From Zootoca vivipara (Eukaryota), in contig NC_083276.1 of assembly GCF_963506605.1 (NCBI RefSeq), positions 80,848,001 to 80,912,000 on the forward strand: a DNA stretch of 64,000 nt. The letters run 5' to 3'. Under the pieces are notes generated by a model that saw only the letters and a list, made by a program, of their open reading frames with translations, was not told where the DNA came from and did no database searches. This document shows positions 62,063 through 64,000 of the stretch, in pieces. Position numbers and translations under genes: made by a program. Position 1 is the first letter of the stretch; the number at the start of each line of letters is the position of its first letter.

Positions 62063-62562
62063 GTCAGGTTTTAAACTAACAACCTCCTGGTCTACATGCT
62101 GGCAGTGAACTACTTTTGGGGAGGTAAAGAAAAGGCAGTGGTTCATTTTTAGGGCAGGTTTGGAAAACTGTGTATCACCTATGTAATATTCAGATATTTG
62201 CTCTGTTTACAAGACCAATTGCAGGGGCTCAGGAAGAGAGACAATGAATGCAAGTAAGAGAGGGATCATGCTGGCAGGCCCCTCACCCAGATCTCTGTGA
62301 ATTCCTTGATTTTTCCTACTAGAACTTTAAAATTATGTCTGGATAAGTGGATCCACAAGCTCCCTCTTTCTATGAAAACAGCAGTGTTCTTTTGGAAGGA
62401 TATGCTAAGCCTAGCAAAATATCACTCTCCAGTGTTCTGGCAAAAAGTATGACATCTGAATATTTCATGTATATATTCACTTGTAGGAACATTTGACTGA
62501 GTTTCCAGAATGCTAGTAACATTTAACGTTTCCAGAATGCTAACAACATTTAACACAACATG

Positions 62563-63670
62563 CTTCTTCTTCTTCTTTGGCGATCCCTCATAGCCAAGTA
62601 AGATTGTTTTCCATAAACACGGTTTTAACAATGAGTCCGTAAGTGACTGTGGAGGCCAATTCTGGATCCACACATCCTTCCACAGTGGGGACATTGGTTT
62701 CCGGGCAGGAGTTGATTACGGTGTGGATTTGCCAAGCGTGCCTTCCTCTTACCACGTTTCTCCCTTGTGTCCTGAGTTCGAGTGTCTTCAAAGCCCATTA
62801 CACCTTTGGTAAAGGCTGTTCTCCAACTGAAGCGCTCACAGGCAAGTGTTTCCTGATTGTTGGTGTTTTTTAGATTTGCCTTGAGACAGTCTTTAAACCT
62901 CTTTTGTTGACCATCTGCATCATGCTTTCCACTTTTAAGTTCGGAATAGAGCACAGTGGTACCTCTACTTATGAATAACTCTACTTAAGAATGTTTCTAC
63001 TTACGAATGGAGCTCCGTCCGCCATATTGGATGCGGTTTAGATAGGATTTTTTTCTACTTACGAATTTTTTCTCCCAATGCATTCCTATGGGATTTGACT
63101 TACATCTTTTTTCGACTTACAAATGTGTGTTCGAAACGCATTGAATTCGTAAGTAGAGGTACCACTGTAGTTGCTTTGGAAAACGATAATCAGGCATCCG
63201 CACAACATGACCAGCCCAATGAAGTTGATGTTGAAGAATCATTGTTTCAACACCGGTGATCTTTGCTTCTTCCAGTACACTGGTATTACTTTGCCTGTCT
63301 TCCCAAGTGATGTGTAAAAATTTTCTGACACACTGTTGATGGAATCTTTCGAGGAATTGGAGATGGCGTTTATAAGTGGTCCATGTTTCACAAGCATACA
63401 GTAAGGTTGGTAGTACAATAGCTTTGTAAACAAGCATTTTGGTTTCCCTGCGAATGTCCCGGTCCTCAAACACTCTGCACTTCAATTGGGAGAAAGCCGC
63501 ACTTGCAGAGCTCAGGCAATGCTGGATTTCAGCATCAATGTCAGCCATTGTGGAAAGATAACTGCCCAGGTAGGAGAAGTGAACGACATTTTCCAACGTT
63601 ACACCATTGAGTTGGATTTGTGGTGCTGCAGAGGGGTTATTTTGAAACTGACGGCTTGTGTAACCCACAA
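62563..63670 (-). mobile_element. RTE-clade LINE, 5'-truncated, interrupted by a MITE
   Basis: LENVVHFSYLGS...TKMLVYKAIVLPTLLYACETWT...WAGHVVRMPDYRFPKQL|LYSEL...CPHCGRMCGSRIGLHSHLRTHC; (GAA)n tail. Confidence 0.92.
62954..63167. mobile_element. Tigger/pogo-type MITE nested in the RTE LINE
   Basis: TIRs CAGTGGTACCTCTACTTA / TAAGTAGAGGTACCACTG; removing it restores RTE codons CCA AAG CAA CTA CTC TAT (PKQLLY). Confidence 0.92.
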
Positions 63671-64000
63671 CTGAAAAGCACCAGAGTCCCACCACTGCTA
63701 CTTTTTTGTTTTGTCAAAAGTAGGGATGAATAGAAAGAGAAGGAGGTAGAGGAGACGGGTAGACCTATATGGCAGTAACAACAACAACAACAACACATGG
63801 GCCCCAAATGTCGGTCCCAAGTTTGAGAACTTATTCACTTAACTAATGGATTTTTGTGATATATTATTTTTTACCTCTCAAAGACCCAGTACAAATGGAA
63901 CTCCCTCTTTCTGCTGGCTGTTTTCCCAGACTTCACAATATCTCCCCTCATGTCTTATCCTTGGCAGCTGTCACTGACAACATCCACCTCTCCACTCTGC

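Noticed and set aside
53500-64000. Short-isoform COL18A1 exons 1-2
   Set aside because: No signal-peptide exon with a phase-1 donor was recognised; they probably lie beyond the right edge.

Overview
Vertebrate genomic DNA from a squamate reptile, probably a lizard (Sauria SINEs, BovB/RTE, Penelope-like, L2, CR1, Tc1/mariner-pogo and hAT MITEs). The window lies inside one minus-strand gene, COL18A1 (collagen XVIII). Six coding exons splice in phase: the long-isoform first coding exon (52961-51431: signal peptide, DUF959, 10-Cys Frizzled CRD, internal medium-isoform donor at 52328), the TSPN/LamG exon (25395-24851), 15414-15331, 13607-13548, 3141-3003 and a first Gly-X-Y exon (1294-1185). The short-isoform 5' exons were not found and probably lie beyond the right edge; the rest of the gene continues past the left edge. 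The introns are rich in mobile elements and contain two N-gaps. The observations most worth following up are: (1) an exact 18-bp tandem duplication of a splice donor that offers an in-frame +6 aa isoform beside the glycosaminoglycan attachment motif; (2) a Penelope-like element (RT + GIY-YIG) whose terminal repeat carries a minimal hammerhead ribozyme, present in three copies, one on the COL18A1 transcribed strand; (3) inverted Sauria SINEs flanking a 144-nt, phase-0, stop-free exon pair, an arrangement that favours circRNA or exon skipping; (4) a read-through or second donor after the Frizzled exon that could yield a collagen-free secreted CRD protein; (5) uORFs over the long-isoform start. 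No wholly new system is demonstrated. These regulatory ideas are hypotheses, and all family assignments come from motif recognition, not database searches.
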